A DNA stretch of 64,000 bases, from positions 3 through 64,002 of the forward strand of contig CAZFHP010000001.1 in assembly GCA_964519365.1 (NCBI GenBank), written 5' to 3'. Below, one piece after another: positions 1 through 7,729 of this stretch. Position numbers and translations under genes: made by a program. The notes beneath the pieces are model-generated. The model saw nothing but the letters and a program-made list of their open reading frames with translations, was not told where the DNA came from and did no database searches. The stretch's first letter is position 1. Every line of letters starts with the position of its first letter. The DNA is from an uncultured Pseudomonadota bacterium. GTDB lineage: Bacteria > Babelota > Babeliae > Babelales > RVW-14.

Positions 1-471
1 ACTGGCCCCGGCGCAGCTAAAACTGCTATCAATGTTGTTAAAAGAAATCCAAGGGTTTTGGAGCAACCGGGAAAAAGTGCAGGGCAAAGCTTGCGAGAAA
101 TTGCGCAAAAGACTGCGAAAGATGCTAAAAGAATAGCTTCCACTAGGAACCAAGCTTGGAAGTTAAGTCAAAATGATATAAGACACATTAGAAAACACAT
201 ACCAAAAGAGTTTGTAAAGCAAATAGAACATATTCCACAAAGCTCTCTCGAAACAATATTAAAAGAGCGAAATTTTTTTAATCCAACATGGAGTAAAGAA
301 AAAATAATCCAAGGTGTTGAAGAAGCATATAGATCATCTCAAGCAAAGGGCTTAACAGGGAAAATTCAACACCTTACAAACGGAGAAATGATTGAAATAT
401 TCATCGAAGCAAATGGACAATTTAAAACAGCATATGGATTTCACAAACTATCACGAAACCAATTTGTTTAA
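1..471 (+). CDS. 3' part of a polymorphic-toxin-like protein (gene begins upstream of window) ending in a putative RNase-type toxin domain
   Basis: Frame 1 is open from nt 1 (TGPGAAKTAINVVKRNPRVLEQPGK...). It is collinear with the C-terminal ~157 aa of ORF 1117..1863. It ends ...FIEANGQFKTAYGFHKLSRNQFV*. A 184-aa partner ORF starts 21 nt downstream. Confidence 0.6.
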   Translation, partial: TGPGAAKTAINVVKRNPRVLEQPGKSAGQSLREIAQKTAKDAKRIASTRNQAWKLSQNDIRHIRKHIPKEFVKQIEHIPQSSLETILKERNFFNPTWSKEKIIQGVEEAYRSSQAKGLTGKIQHLTNGEMIEIFIEANGQFKTAYGFHKLSRNQFV

Positions 472-492
472 TCAAAATTTATTGGAACTAAA

Positions 493-1047
493 ATGTTTAA
501 AATTAACTATCGAATAACCACAAATAAAAAAAACTTAAACGATCTATCTGAGCAAGATATTAACAATGGAGGAACAATCGAAGGATACTTTCAATTAGTC
601 GCAAATGGAAAAAAGTATGGATATTTCAAAGAAGGCCTTTTAAAAAACGGCGAGGAATGGGACCAATTAATAACCTCTTGGTTTAAAGGGCTACTAGAAA
701 TGCTCCTAAAAATAAAAACCGGCAATCCCTATGTTGTTGTAAGCAATATAGATTCATACAACACTTGGCTAGAATTCAAACTATTAAAAAATAAAGATAT
801 CAGCATCAGCATTATTCATGCCGATAAAAAAGATGGCTCTATGCAAGTAGAAACTATCCCCCCAGAAAATATCGTTTATCCTGATTGGGCAAACGAAGAA
901 GTATCATATGATGAAATGCATCATGAAATCATCAACAAAGTAACTAAATATATCGCAGAAGTGGATAAGATTAACCCACGATTAGCAAATGGTGCAACAT
1001 TTGTTCGCTTGAAAGAACTATTGCGCGAAACAAAAAATCTTGCATAA
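493..1047 (+). CDS. putative cognate immunity protein, copy 1 (184 aa, no recognised family)
   Basis: ATG ORF tightly coupled behind the toxin-like tip. It is a paralog of 1887..2441: same length, C-terminal ~55 aa nearly identical, N-terminal part diverged. Confidence 0.5.
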   Translation: MFKINYRITTNKKNLNDLSEQDINNGGTIEGYFQLVANGKKYGYFKEGLLKNGEEWDQLITSWFKGLLEMLLKIKTGNPYVVVSNIDSYNTWLEFKLLKNKDISISIIHADKKDGSMQVETIPPENIVYPDWANEEVSYDEMHHEIINKVTKYIAEVDKINPRLANGATFVRLKELLRETKNLA

Positions 1048-1116
1048 ATTTGTCATGTTCGAACTTACTGGCTACGAAGTTCGCAGCTAGTAATCTATCT
1101 TTCCTTCCTGCTTTTT

Positions 1117-1863
1117 TTGAAACAAATAGAATCACATGAAATAACACAACGAGAAAGACTTTTAGCCACTTCACGAAATATCAAAACACGTCTTGCCCAA
1201 ATCAAAGCAATGCCTTGGCCTGAATTTATTGCCAGAGGTGCTGGTTTTGGAGCCGGAATATTGCTCGACTACTTAATATTCAAAGGCTGCGGCTTGGTTA
1301 TAAGAAGGCTTGCTTCTCTAATACTAAGCAACACGATTATCCAAAAAATATTTAACGATATTGCAATCGGTGTTAAAATTGGAACTGAGACTGGCCCCGG
1401 CGCAGCCAAAACTACTATCGATGTTGTTAGAAGAAATCCAAGGGTTTTGGAGCAACCGGGAAAAACGGCTGCGCAAAGCTTGCGAGAAATTGCTGGAAAG
1501 ACGGCACGGGATGCTAAAAGAGTAGCTTCTACTAGTAGGCAAGCTTGGAAGCTTAGTAAAATTAAAATCAAACATATTAGTAATCGACATATAGCAACAG
1601 ATTTTGCAAAGCAAGTAAAACATCTATCAAAAGAAGCTCTTGAAATAAGATTAAAAAAGAAATCATTCTTTAACCCTAATTGGAGCAAAGAAGAAATTAT
1701 TCAAGTTGTCGAAGAAGCATATAGATCGTCCCGATCAAAAGGATTAACCGGACCAATTCAATATAAAGTAAAGGGTGAAATTATAGAAATCTACATCGAA
1801 GCAAATGGAGACTTTCGAACAGCTTACGGATTCCATAGACTATCAAGTAATTTTTTTGTTTAA
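1117..1863 (+). CDS. toxin-like ORF, copy 2: conserved pre-toxin module plus C-terminal putative EndoU/BECR-like RNase domain
   Basis: 248-aa ORF (non-ATG start in the track, so the true start is uncertain). N-terminal part RERLLATSRNIKTRLAQIKAMPWPEFI...GTETGPGAAKTTIDV. C-terminal part is homologous to 1..471 and carries the conserved motifs HIxx(K/R)HI, FFNPxWSKE and TAYGFH. Confidence 0.55.
   Translation: MKQIESHEITQRERLLATSRNIKTRLAQIKAMPWPEFIARGAGFGAGILLDYLIFKGCGLVIRRLASLILSNTIIQKIFNDIAIGVKIGTETGPGAAKTTIDVVRRNPRVLEQPGKTAAQSLREIAGKTARDAKRVASTSRQAWKLSKIKIKHISNRHIATDFAKQVKHLSKEALEIRLKKKSFFNPNWSKEEIIQVVEEAYRSSRSKGLTGPIQYKVKGEIIEIYIEANGDFRTAYGFHRLSSNFFV
1151..1422 (+). repeat. pre-toxin module DNA repeat, copy A
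   Basis: Collinear with 3951..4222 at a constant offset of 2800 nt with only scattered substitutions (by eye). Similarity ends right after ...actactatcgat. Confidence 0.8.
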
Positions 1864-1886
1864 TCAAAAATAACATTGAGGCTAAA

Positions 1887-2441
1887 ATGTTTAAAGTTAA
1901 TTACCGAATAACTGATACCATAGAAGAACTAAATAATCTTTCTGAACAAGAAATAGAAGAGGGCGGAGTTATCGAAGGATACTTTGAAATAGTCGTAAAC
2001 AATCAAAATTATGGTTATTTCAAAAAAGGCCCCCTTGAAAAGGATGAGCGCTGGAATGAATTAATAACCACCTGGTTTGAGCAACTATTAAAAGTTCTCA
2101 TGCTTTTAAAAAAAAAATCTGATTATGTTGTTTTAGATGATATAGATTCATACAATACCTTGTTAGAATTTAAACAATTAAAAAATAAAAATATATGCAT
2201 AAGCATCATCAATGCTAAAAAACAATACGGAGTCGACTGCATACAAACAACTCCTCCTGAAAATATCATTCCTTCTGATTGGGCAAACGAAGAAGTATCA
2301 TATGATGAAATGCATCATGAGATTATTAGTAAAGCCACTAAATATATCGCAGAAGTAGATACGATTAATCCGCGATTAGCAAATGGAGCAACGTTTAGTC
2401 GATTGAAAGAACTATTGCGTAAAGCAAAAAATCTTGCATAG
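1887..2441 (+). CDS. putative cognate immunity protein, copy 2 (184 aa)
   Basis: Starts 23 nt after the toxin-like ORF. Paralog of 493..1047. Shares the C-terminal DWANEEVSYDEMHHEII.K.TKYIAEVD.INPRLANGATF.RLKELLR..KNLA. Confidence 0.5.
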   Translation: MFKVNYRITDTIEELNNLSEQEIEEGGVIEGYFEIVVNNQNYGYFKKGPLEKDERWNELITTWFEQLLKVLMLLKKKSDYVVLDDIDSYNTLLEFKQLKNKNICISIINAKKQYGVDCIQTTPPENIIPSDWANEEVSYDEMHHEIISKATKYIAEVDTINPRLANGATFSRLKELLRKAKNLA

Positions 2442-2579
2442 CTTTGTTCTGCTCAAACTTACGTGCTACAAATTAGAAGCTACTACATTATTAGCGAAAC
2501 CTTCTCTCTTTTCTTTTTGTTAAATCAAGGCTATTTTTCTATATAATTTCTCTTAATTTTTTTTCGAAAAGGATAATCG

Positions 2580-3866
2580 ATGAAAGCAAAGATTGATGTA
2601 GAAATGATGGAAATTATGGCAAAAGAACTTGCGTTGCTCGCTCTCATTTTTATTGCCTGGAAAATTTGTAAATTATCTTGGCGGAGCCTATATAAAAAAA
2701 ACAAAAAACACATTTTTGATGGAACAATAAAATCTAGGTCTTTAGCCTTAAGCAAAACTGTTTTAGGAATATATCTATCTTGTTGTAGCATTGTTTTTTT
2801 ATTGAATAGACTTATTGATCTTGCAGAAATATCTAAGAAAGTCGTAAATTGTATAGAAAGAAGAGACTTCAAATACAAAATCATTAACAACGCAAAAAAA
2901 CCAACCGCTCTTTGCGAAATGGGTTGCTCCTTGTTATCTGGAGTCCATGGAGAAACAGATTATACCAAAGCAAAAACTCTTTTTGAAATGGCCGCCAAAC
3001 AAAACTGTATTAAAGCTTATCAAATGCTTGGTTTCATGTATCAAATGGGAATTGGAATTGATTTAAACATTGAAAAAGCCATTGGTTATTATCACCAGGC
3101 CGCAAAAGGAAACTGCCCTGAAGCACAAACAACTTTGGGAACGATATACATATATGGGAAAGGAACAAAACAAGATATAAAAAAAGGATTACACTATTTA
3201 CAACTTGCAGCAAAACAAAATTTTGACAAAGCTCTTTATTTATTAGGACTTTTATATGAAACAGGAACAGGAATACACAAAAACATAGTTCTTGCAAAAA
3301 AGTATTATATTGCAGCTATGAAACAAAACAATCAAGACGCTGTGCCTCGGCTAGGATCAATATACTATCAAGAAAAAAATTACATAGAAGCAAAAAAGAT
3401 GTTGAAAATCGCCGAGAAGCAAGGAAATAGTACCGTAATTACACTTCTGGGATACATGTACCTAACAGGGCTGGGAGGGTCAAAAAATCCTACCAAAGCT
3501 AAAAAGCTTTTCGAAAAAGCTTCGCTCAAGGAAGACGGAAATGCACTATTTGCCCTGGGGAAAATGTACATGAATGGAATCTATATCCCACAAAATTACA
3601 AAAAAGCCTTTAATTTTTTTGATCGAGCATGCAAAATGGGTGCTACTGATGCTCAAATCAACCTTGGGATATTGTACATTGCTGGAGCTGGGGTTGAACA
3701 AAATATCACTAAAGCTAAAACTTGTTTATCAAAAATAGCCCTGAAAAACGATGATGCAAAAACTCTTCTCGATGCATTAAATGATCCAAAACGCTGTAAT
3801 ATTACAATAGAAAAAGTTAGATTTTCTTTACAAAGTAATACCCATTATTACTTACCACAGGGTTAA
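2580..3866 (+). CDS. Sel1-repeat (TPR-like) protein with N-terminal hydrophobic segments
   Basis: About 8 consecutive Sel1-type repeats, for example AAKQNCIKAYQMLGFMYQMGIGIDLNIEKAIGYYHQAAKGNCPEAQTTLGTIYIYGKGTKQDIKKGLHYLQLAA. N-terminal LALLALIFIAWKI and VLGIYLSCCSIVFLL look like TM helices. Confidence 0.8.
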   Translation: MKAKIDVEMMEIMAKELALLALIFIAWKICKLSWRSLYKKNKKHIFDGTIKSRSLALSKTVLGIYLSCCSIVFLLNRLIDLAEISKKVVNCIERRDFKYKIINNAKKPTALCEMGCSLLSGVHGETDYTKAKTLFEMAAKQNCIKAYQMLGFMYQMGIGIDLNIEKAIGYYHQAAKGNCPEAQTTLGTIYIYGKGTKQDIKKGLHYLQLAAKQNFDKALYLLGLLYETGTGIHKNIVLAKKYYIAAMKQNNQDAVPRLGSIYYQEKNYIEAKKMLKIAEKQGNSTVITLLGYMYLTGLGGSKNPTKAKKLFEKASLKEDGNALFALGKMYMNGIYIPQNYKKAFNFFDRACKMGATDAQINLGILYIAGAGVEQNITKAKTCLSKIALKNDDAKTLLDALNDPKRCNITIEKVRFSLQSNTHYYLPQG

Positions 3867-3901
3867 TATTTACCTCAACCCTTTCAGAACACCTTGAAAT
3901 A

Positions 3902-4234
3902 ATGGCATCTCCTGATTGGGAACAACAAATATCACATAAAAACGTACACCGAGAAAGACTTTTAGCCACTTCACGAAACATCAAAACACGCCTTGCCCAA
4001 ATAAAAGCAATGCCTTGGCCTGAATTTATTTCCAGAGACGCTGGTTTTGGCGCCGGGCTAGTTCTTGACTACTTAATATTCAAAGGCTGCGGCTTGGTTG
4101 AAAGAAGGCTTGCTTCTCTAATACTAAGCAACACAATTATCCAAAAAATATTTAACGATATTGCAATCGGTGTTAAAATTGGAACTGAGACTGGCCCCGG
4201 CGCAGCCAAAACTACTATCGATATTGCCAACTGA
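3902..4234 (+). pseudogene. toxin-less orphan copy of the pre-toxin module
   Basis: 110-aa ORF almost identical to residues ~10-105 of ORF 1117..1863. It stops 3 codons after ...GPGAAKTTID, exactly where the toxin domain would begin. Confidence 0.55.
3951..4222 (+). repeat. pre-toxin module DNA repeat, copy B
   Basis: See 1151..1422. There are no indels across ~270 nt. Confidence 0.8.
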
Positions 4235-4616
4235 CACAACTTCTTATTTGGTTATTCAAGCACTAGAACGTTCTGGCTCAGAAATAGGCCATGCAATTAG
4301 ACAACGCCTCACTTTACAACATTACAAAGAATTCATAACAGCTCCACTGTTAACAGGATTGCGCTTAGCATCAATCATTACAGAACATCTTGAAGCACTA
4401 GATTCTCTTGACGTTGACCAAATAGAATCACATGGAAGAACACACCGAGAAAGACTGTTAGCCACTTCACGAAATATTAAAACACGTCTTGCCCAAATCA
4501 AAGCAATGCCTTGGCCTGAATTTATTGCCAAAGGCTGCAGGGTAAATAATTCTATTGTTTTTCCTCTATTTTTTCTGAACATTCAGACAACACGCAACAT
4601 GCCGGCAGTTCGGTAG
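4161..4616 (+). pseudogene. second truncated pre-toxin module (fragment)
   Basis: Contains ...ITEHLEALDSLDVDQIESHGRTHRERLLATSRNIKTRLAQIKAMPWPEFIAKGC and then diverges. DNA 4419..4540 closely matches 1123..1240. The leader resembles the sequence upstream of 3902 (SEHLEIMASPDWEQQISH). Confidence 0.5.
4419..4540 (+). repeat. pre-toxin module DNA repeat, partial copy C
   Basis: High identity to 1123..1240. It appears to skip the RGAGFGAGILLDYLIF segment and then ends. Confidence 0.7.
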
Positions 4617-5403
4617 GAACGACAGATTCAGGCAGCACACAACATGCGGGCAATGTAGTAGGTACAACCGCAGGAACAGGGTATGCAGAAAATGCATGTC
4701 GCTTCCGTCTTTTTAGACAACAATCAAACATCCTGCCTTTTATATACTTAGCAAAACCTCTCAATTCATTCATCCAACATCTTTTCCAATAAGAAAAATC
4801 CCGTTTGGGAGTAAAAAGAGACATTTGGTATTTCTTAAGCTTACTCACAAAATCCATTTTACCTTGCGCCCGAAATTTCCTGATTAAATCATCGATAGAC
4901 CGCAACATATAAGCTCTCTCTAGAACATCGAAACCATTTAGCTCTTTAGAAGAAAGATTCCCATGAACAAAAGCATATTTATAATCCTTTACTTGTTGGA
5001 CAAAAACACGATCTCTCTCCTCTTCTTCAAAACTTTTTATCGTTATATCAAGAATCCTTAGAGCTTGCATTCTTAGAACAAGCTTCCACAGCATATCTTC
5101 GCACGACAAACAATCCCGACACCCTTTCAACTGATTAAAAAATTGTTCAAACAAAATATCATCTCCCTCAACATCTTCGAATTCTTCTATTTGTTTGATC
5201 AATAATTGAATAAATCTGGTTTCGCAAAACCCCCGACATATACTTGGATCAAACCCCTGATAAAATCTACTGTCAAGCTCACCACCCTCAGAAATACTAT
5301 TTTCATCAAAACCATTCATAGCCCATAAACATGAGAATCCAGAAAATATTCCCAACAACACTATTAACACCCATTTTTTTAAACATAAATTAAATCGAAT
5401 CAT
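4552..5403 (-). CDS. hypothetical secreted/anchored protein with Cys-rich tandem C-terminal repeat
   Basis: The likely start MIRFNLCLKKWVLIVLLGIFSGFSCLWA is signal-like. The C-terminus carries VVPTTLPACCVLPE / VVPTELPACCVLSE. I recognise no family. Confidence 0.5.
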   Translation of the reverse strand: MIRFNLCLKKWVLIVLLGIFSGFSCLWAMNGFDENSISEGGELDSRFYQGFDPSICRGFCETRFIQLLIKQIEEFEDVEGDDILFEQFFNQLKGCRDCLSCEDMLWKLVLRMQALRILDITIKSFEEEERDRVFVQQVKDYKYAFVHGNLSSKELNGFDVLERAYMLRSIDDLIRKFRAQGKMDFVSKLKKYQMSLFTPKRDFSYWKRCWMNELRGFAKYIKGRMFDCCLKRRKRHAFSAYPVPAVVPTTLPACCVLPESVVPTELPACCVLSECSEKIEEKQ

Positions 5404-5419
5404 AACAGATACCCTTTCA

Positions 5420-6574
5420 TCAATTCTTAGCGAGCACATTTTTAGCAATTAAGCGTTCACGCAAAATAACACCAACTTTGTCTACAAGCAAATAAAAATC
5501 ATCAGCCCATGTTAAATGTATTGGGTACATGATTACTTTATAATCACCTATGAGTTGTGCTAAAACCCCAAAATACGAACCTGATCGTATCAAACAATCA
5601 AACTTAGTCATGCTAAATAAATCTTGGAAAACCGCTGAGTCTTGACTCGAACATGCAAATTTAATATTAGATTTTGCAACTTTCTCTTTTACTCTGGAAA
5701 CAAGTGCCTGTTTATCTTTAGAATCAGCAAAAATATGGACATACAATGGAGCATCACGAAGCATACTAGATAGCTTTTTTATTTGGTCAACATAATACTG
5801 CTCTGGAGGAAACTTATCAGGAAATCTCCTATCAGACCAACATCTTCTACTAATGCCATTAAATTCACATCCTGTTAAATTTTTTGAAAGATCTGATAAT
5901 TGCTTTTTCTGCGGATCACTAATATCAAACAGCTTATAATATACCGGCCCTTTATTCTCGTAATACTGCTCAGAAATTAATGACTGATCAACAATCTCAC
6001 CTTTACGTATATGAACAGCTACCGTAATTCTATCTTTAGGTAATGTTTCTATACCCGATGGTGGCACAAGAGGCTGCAACATTTTCCTAATAGATTTGCC
6101 AAAAACAGGATCTTTTATCATTACTTCGTACAAAGAAAAATTTTCCAAACGACCATCATCAAATACAGGAGGATTAACTTTGGCAAAAAGGCCCACCATA
6201 AAAATAGCTGATCCTTTTGTTTGTTTTAACTTTTGAGCAAATTGATCTTCTGTTTTAACGTCAATATATTCTCCAAACAAGCTATTAAAAATACGATACG
6301 GCCAAAAAGACCTACTCCTGTAGTTTTTTTCATGCACCAGCATTAATTTCTCTGATTTATCAAAATGGTTCATGCAAAAAGGAACCCCATACTTGTACGC
6401 AAGCCACTTCGCCTTGCCATAAATAAGTACCCGATCTCCCAAGCGTCCGCCGTCATTAGCCATAACAATAGTCACATATGGGTTTCTAAAACTATAAATA
6501 CAAAAAGAAACACTTGCTAAAACAAAAACACTCGCCAAAAATACTATTACTCGTGATATTATTTTTTTCTTCAC
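5420..6574 (-). CDS. N-terminally anchored putative glycosyltransferase (fucosyltransferase-like GT11/GT23-superfamily motifs), paralog 3 of 3
   Basis: TM anchor MKKKIISRVIVFLASVFVLASV. Motifs TVAVHIRKG, YVHIFADSKDKQ and DLFSMTKFDCLIRSGSYFGVLAQLIG resemble the HxRRGD, FSDD and NSTFSWW motifs of alpha-1,2-fucosyltransferases. Confidence 0.45.
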   Translation of the reverse strand: MKKKIISRVIVFLASVFVLASVSFCIYSFRNPYVTIVMANDGGRLGDRVLIYGKAKWLAYKYGVPFCMNHFDKSEKLMLVHEKNYRSRSFWPYRIFNSLFGEYIDVKTEDQFAQKLKQTKGSAIFMVGLFAKVNPPVFDDGRLENFSLYEVMIKDPVFGKSIRKMLQPLVPPSGIETLPKDRITVAVHIRKGEIVDQSLISEQYYENKGPVYYKLFDISDPQKKQLSDLSKNLTGCEFNGISRRCWSDRRFPDKFPPEQYYVDQIKKLSSMLRDAPLYVHIFADSKDKQALVSRVKEKVAKSNIKFACSSQDSAVFQDLFSMTKFDCLIRSGSYFGVLAQLIGDYKVIMYPIHLTWADDFYLLVDKVGVILRERLIAKNVLAKN

Positions 6575-6588
6575 GTTCTTCCCATAAT

Positions 6589-7719
6589 TTATTTCAAATT
6601 TTTACGCAAAATGACACCTACGTTATCAACAACTAAATATTTTCTATCATGCCATGTCAAATGTATCGGATACATGATTATCTTATGCTCACCTAACAAT
6701 TGAGCTAAATACCCAAATCCAGACCCTGATCGTATCAAACAATCACATTTTGTCATCGCATATAAGTCATGCAAAGCTCGCATATTATCACCTGAATATG
6801 CAAACTCAATGTTAGATTTTGCAACGCTTTCTTTTATTCTTGAAACTAACGCTTGCTTATCTTTATCATCCGTAAAAACATGAACATAAAAAGAAGTGTC
6901 ATGTAATATACTTGATAACTTTTTAATTTGATCAACATAGTATTGCTCTGGAGGAAATTTATCAGGCCATTTACCATCAGCATATGACCACGGGCATTGC
7001 TTCTTTCGATCAATCATAGGAATATGCTCAGAAATCTCTGGCGCAAATTTAAAATACTTATATTTTACGTCCCACTTGCTGCTATCATAACACTGCATCG
7101 ACCCTAATTCAGGATCAAAGCCTGTCCCCTTTCGAATATGCACAGCAACTGTAATCTTATTTTTAGGCACACAGTTATAGTTTAAAAGAGACGGGTCAAC
7201 AGGTTCTAAAGCTTTCTTTAATTCGTTCGCAAAATTATGGTCTTCAAGCATCTTTTCGTATAAAACAGAGCAAACCCATGCACTTTCTTTCTTTGTCTCT
7301 GGATACTTCAAATGCTCTAAAAGTCTTGTCTCAGTGTTAATAACAAATCGTATCGGCTTCTTAACTGTTTTTAACGCTTGGACAATCTGATCTTCTGAAT
7401 CGATATAAATTAATACACCAAACAAACGATAAAATAAACGATCAAATAAAAAAGAAAAATCTTTGTAATTTTTGTCATAGCGAGATAACATAAATTTTTC
7501 AGAGCCCTCAAATGGGATCATGTAAAATGGAATCTTATACTTATGCGCAAGCCATTTTGTTTTAGCATATTCTATAATTTTATCTCCCATACGGCCACCG
7601 GCACCACGCGTAACAATAATCATCGAACGATGTTTCAGGTGATACAAACAAAAAAACGCCCCCGCAAGAATAACTCCAGCAAGTAACCCTGCCCCCGCAA
7701 ATACTATACGCTTTCTCAT
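6589..7719 (-). CDS. N-terminally anchored putative glycosyltransferase (fucosyltransferase-like), paralog 2 of 3
   Basis: MRKRIVFAGAGLLAGVILAGAFF anchor. Shared block DKFPPEQYYVDQIKKLSS...YVHVFTDDKDKQALVSRIKESVAKSNIEFA...LIRSGSGFGYLAQLLGEHKIIMYPIHLTW. Confidence 0.45.
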   Translation of the reverse strand: MRKRIVFAGAGLLAGVILAGAFFCLYHLKHRSMIIVTRGAGGRMGDKIIEYAKTKWLAHKYKIPFYMIPFEGSEKFMLSRYDKNYKDFSFLFDRLFYRLFGVLIYIDSEDQIVQALKTVKKPIRFVINTETRLLEHLKYPETKKESAWVCSVLYEKMLEDHNFANELKKALEPVDPSLLNYNCVPKNKITVAVHIRKGTGFDPELGSMQCYDSSKWDVKYKYFKFAPEISEHIPMIDRKKQCPWSYADGKWPDKFPPEQYYVDQIKKLSSILHDTSFYVHVFTDDKDKQALVSRIKESVAKSNIEFAYSGDNMRALHDLYAMTKCDCLIRSGSGFGYLAQLLGEHKIIMYPIHLTWHDRKYLVVDNVGVILRKNLK

Positions 7720-7729
7720 AGTTTCTTTC

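Noticed and set aside
1269-1688. Antisense ORFs (1269..1688, 1324..1623) inside the toxin-like gene. Similar long antisense or alternate-frame ORFs occur elsewhere, for example 15068..15604, 26970..27374, 47772..48134, 51656..52003 and 54160..54570.
   Set aside because: They overlap genes with strong family motifs on the other strand or frame. Their translations are low-complexity and hydrophobic and show no recognisable motifs. These are typical shadow ORFs of an AT-rich genome.
4552-4640. CCVL motifs as possible CaaX prenylation boxes, as in effectors of intracellular bacteria.
   Set aside because: A CaaX box must be the C-terminal tetrapeptide. Here CCVLSE is followed by CSEKIEEKQ, so the motif is internal.
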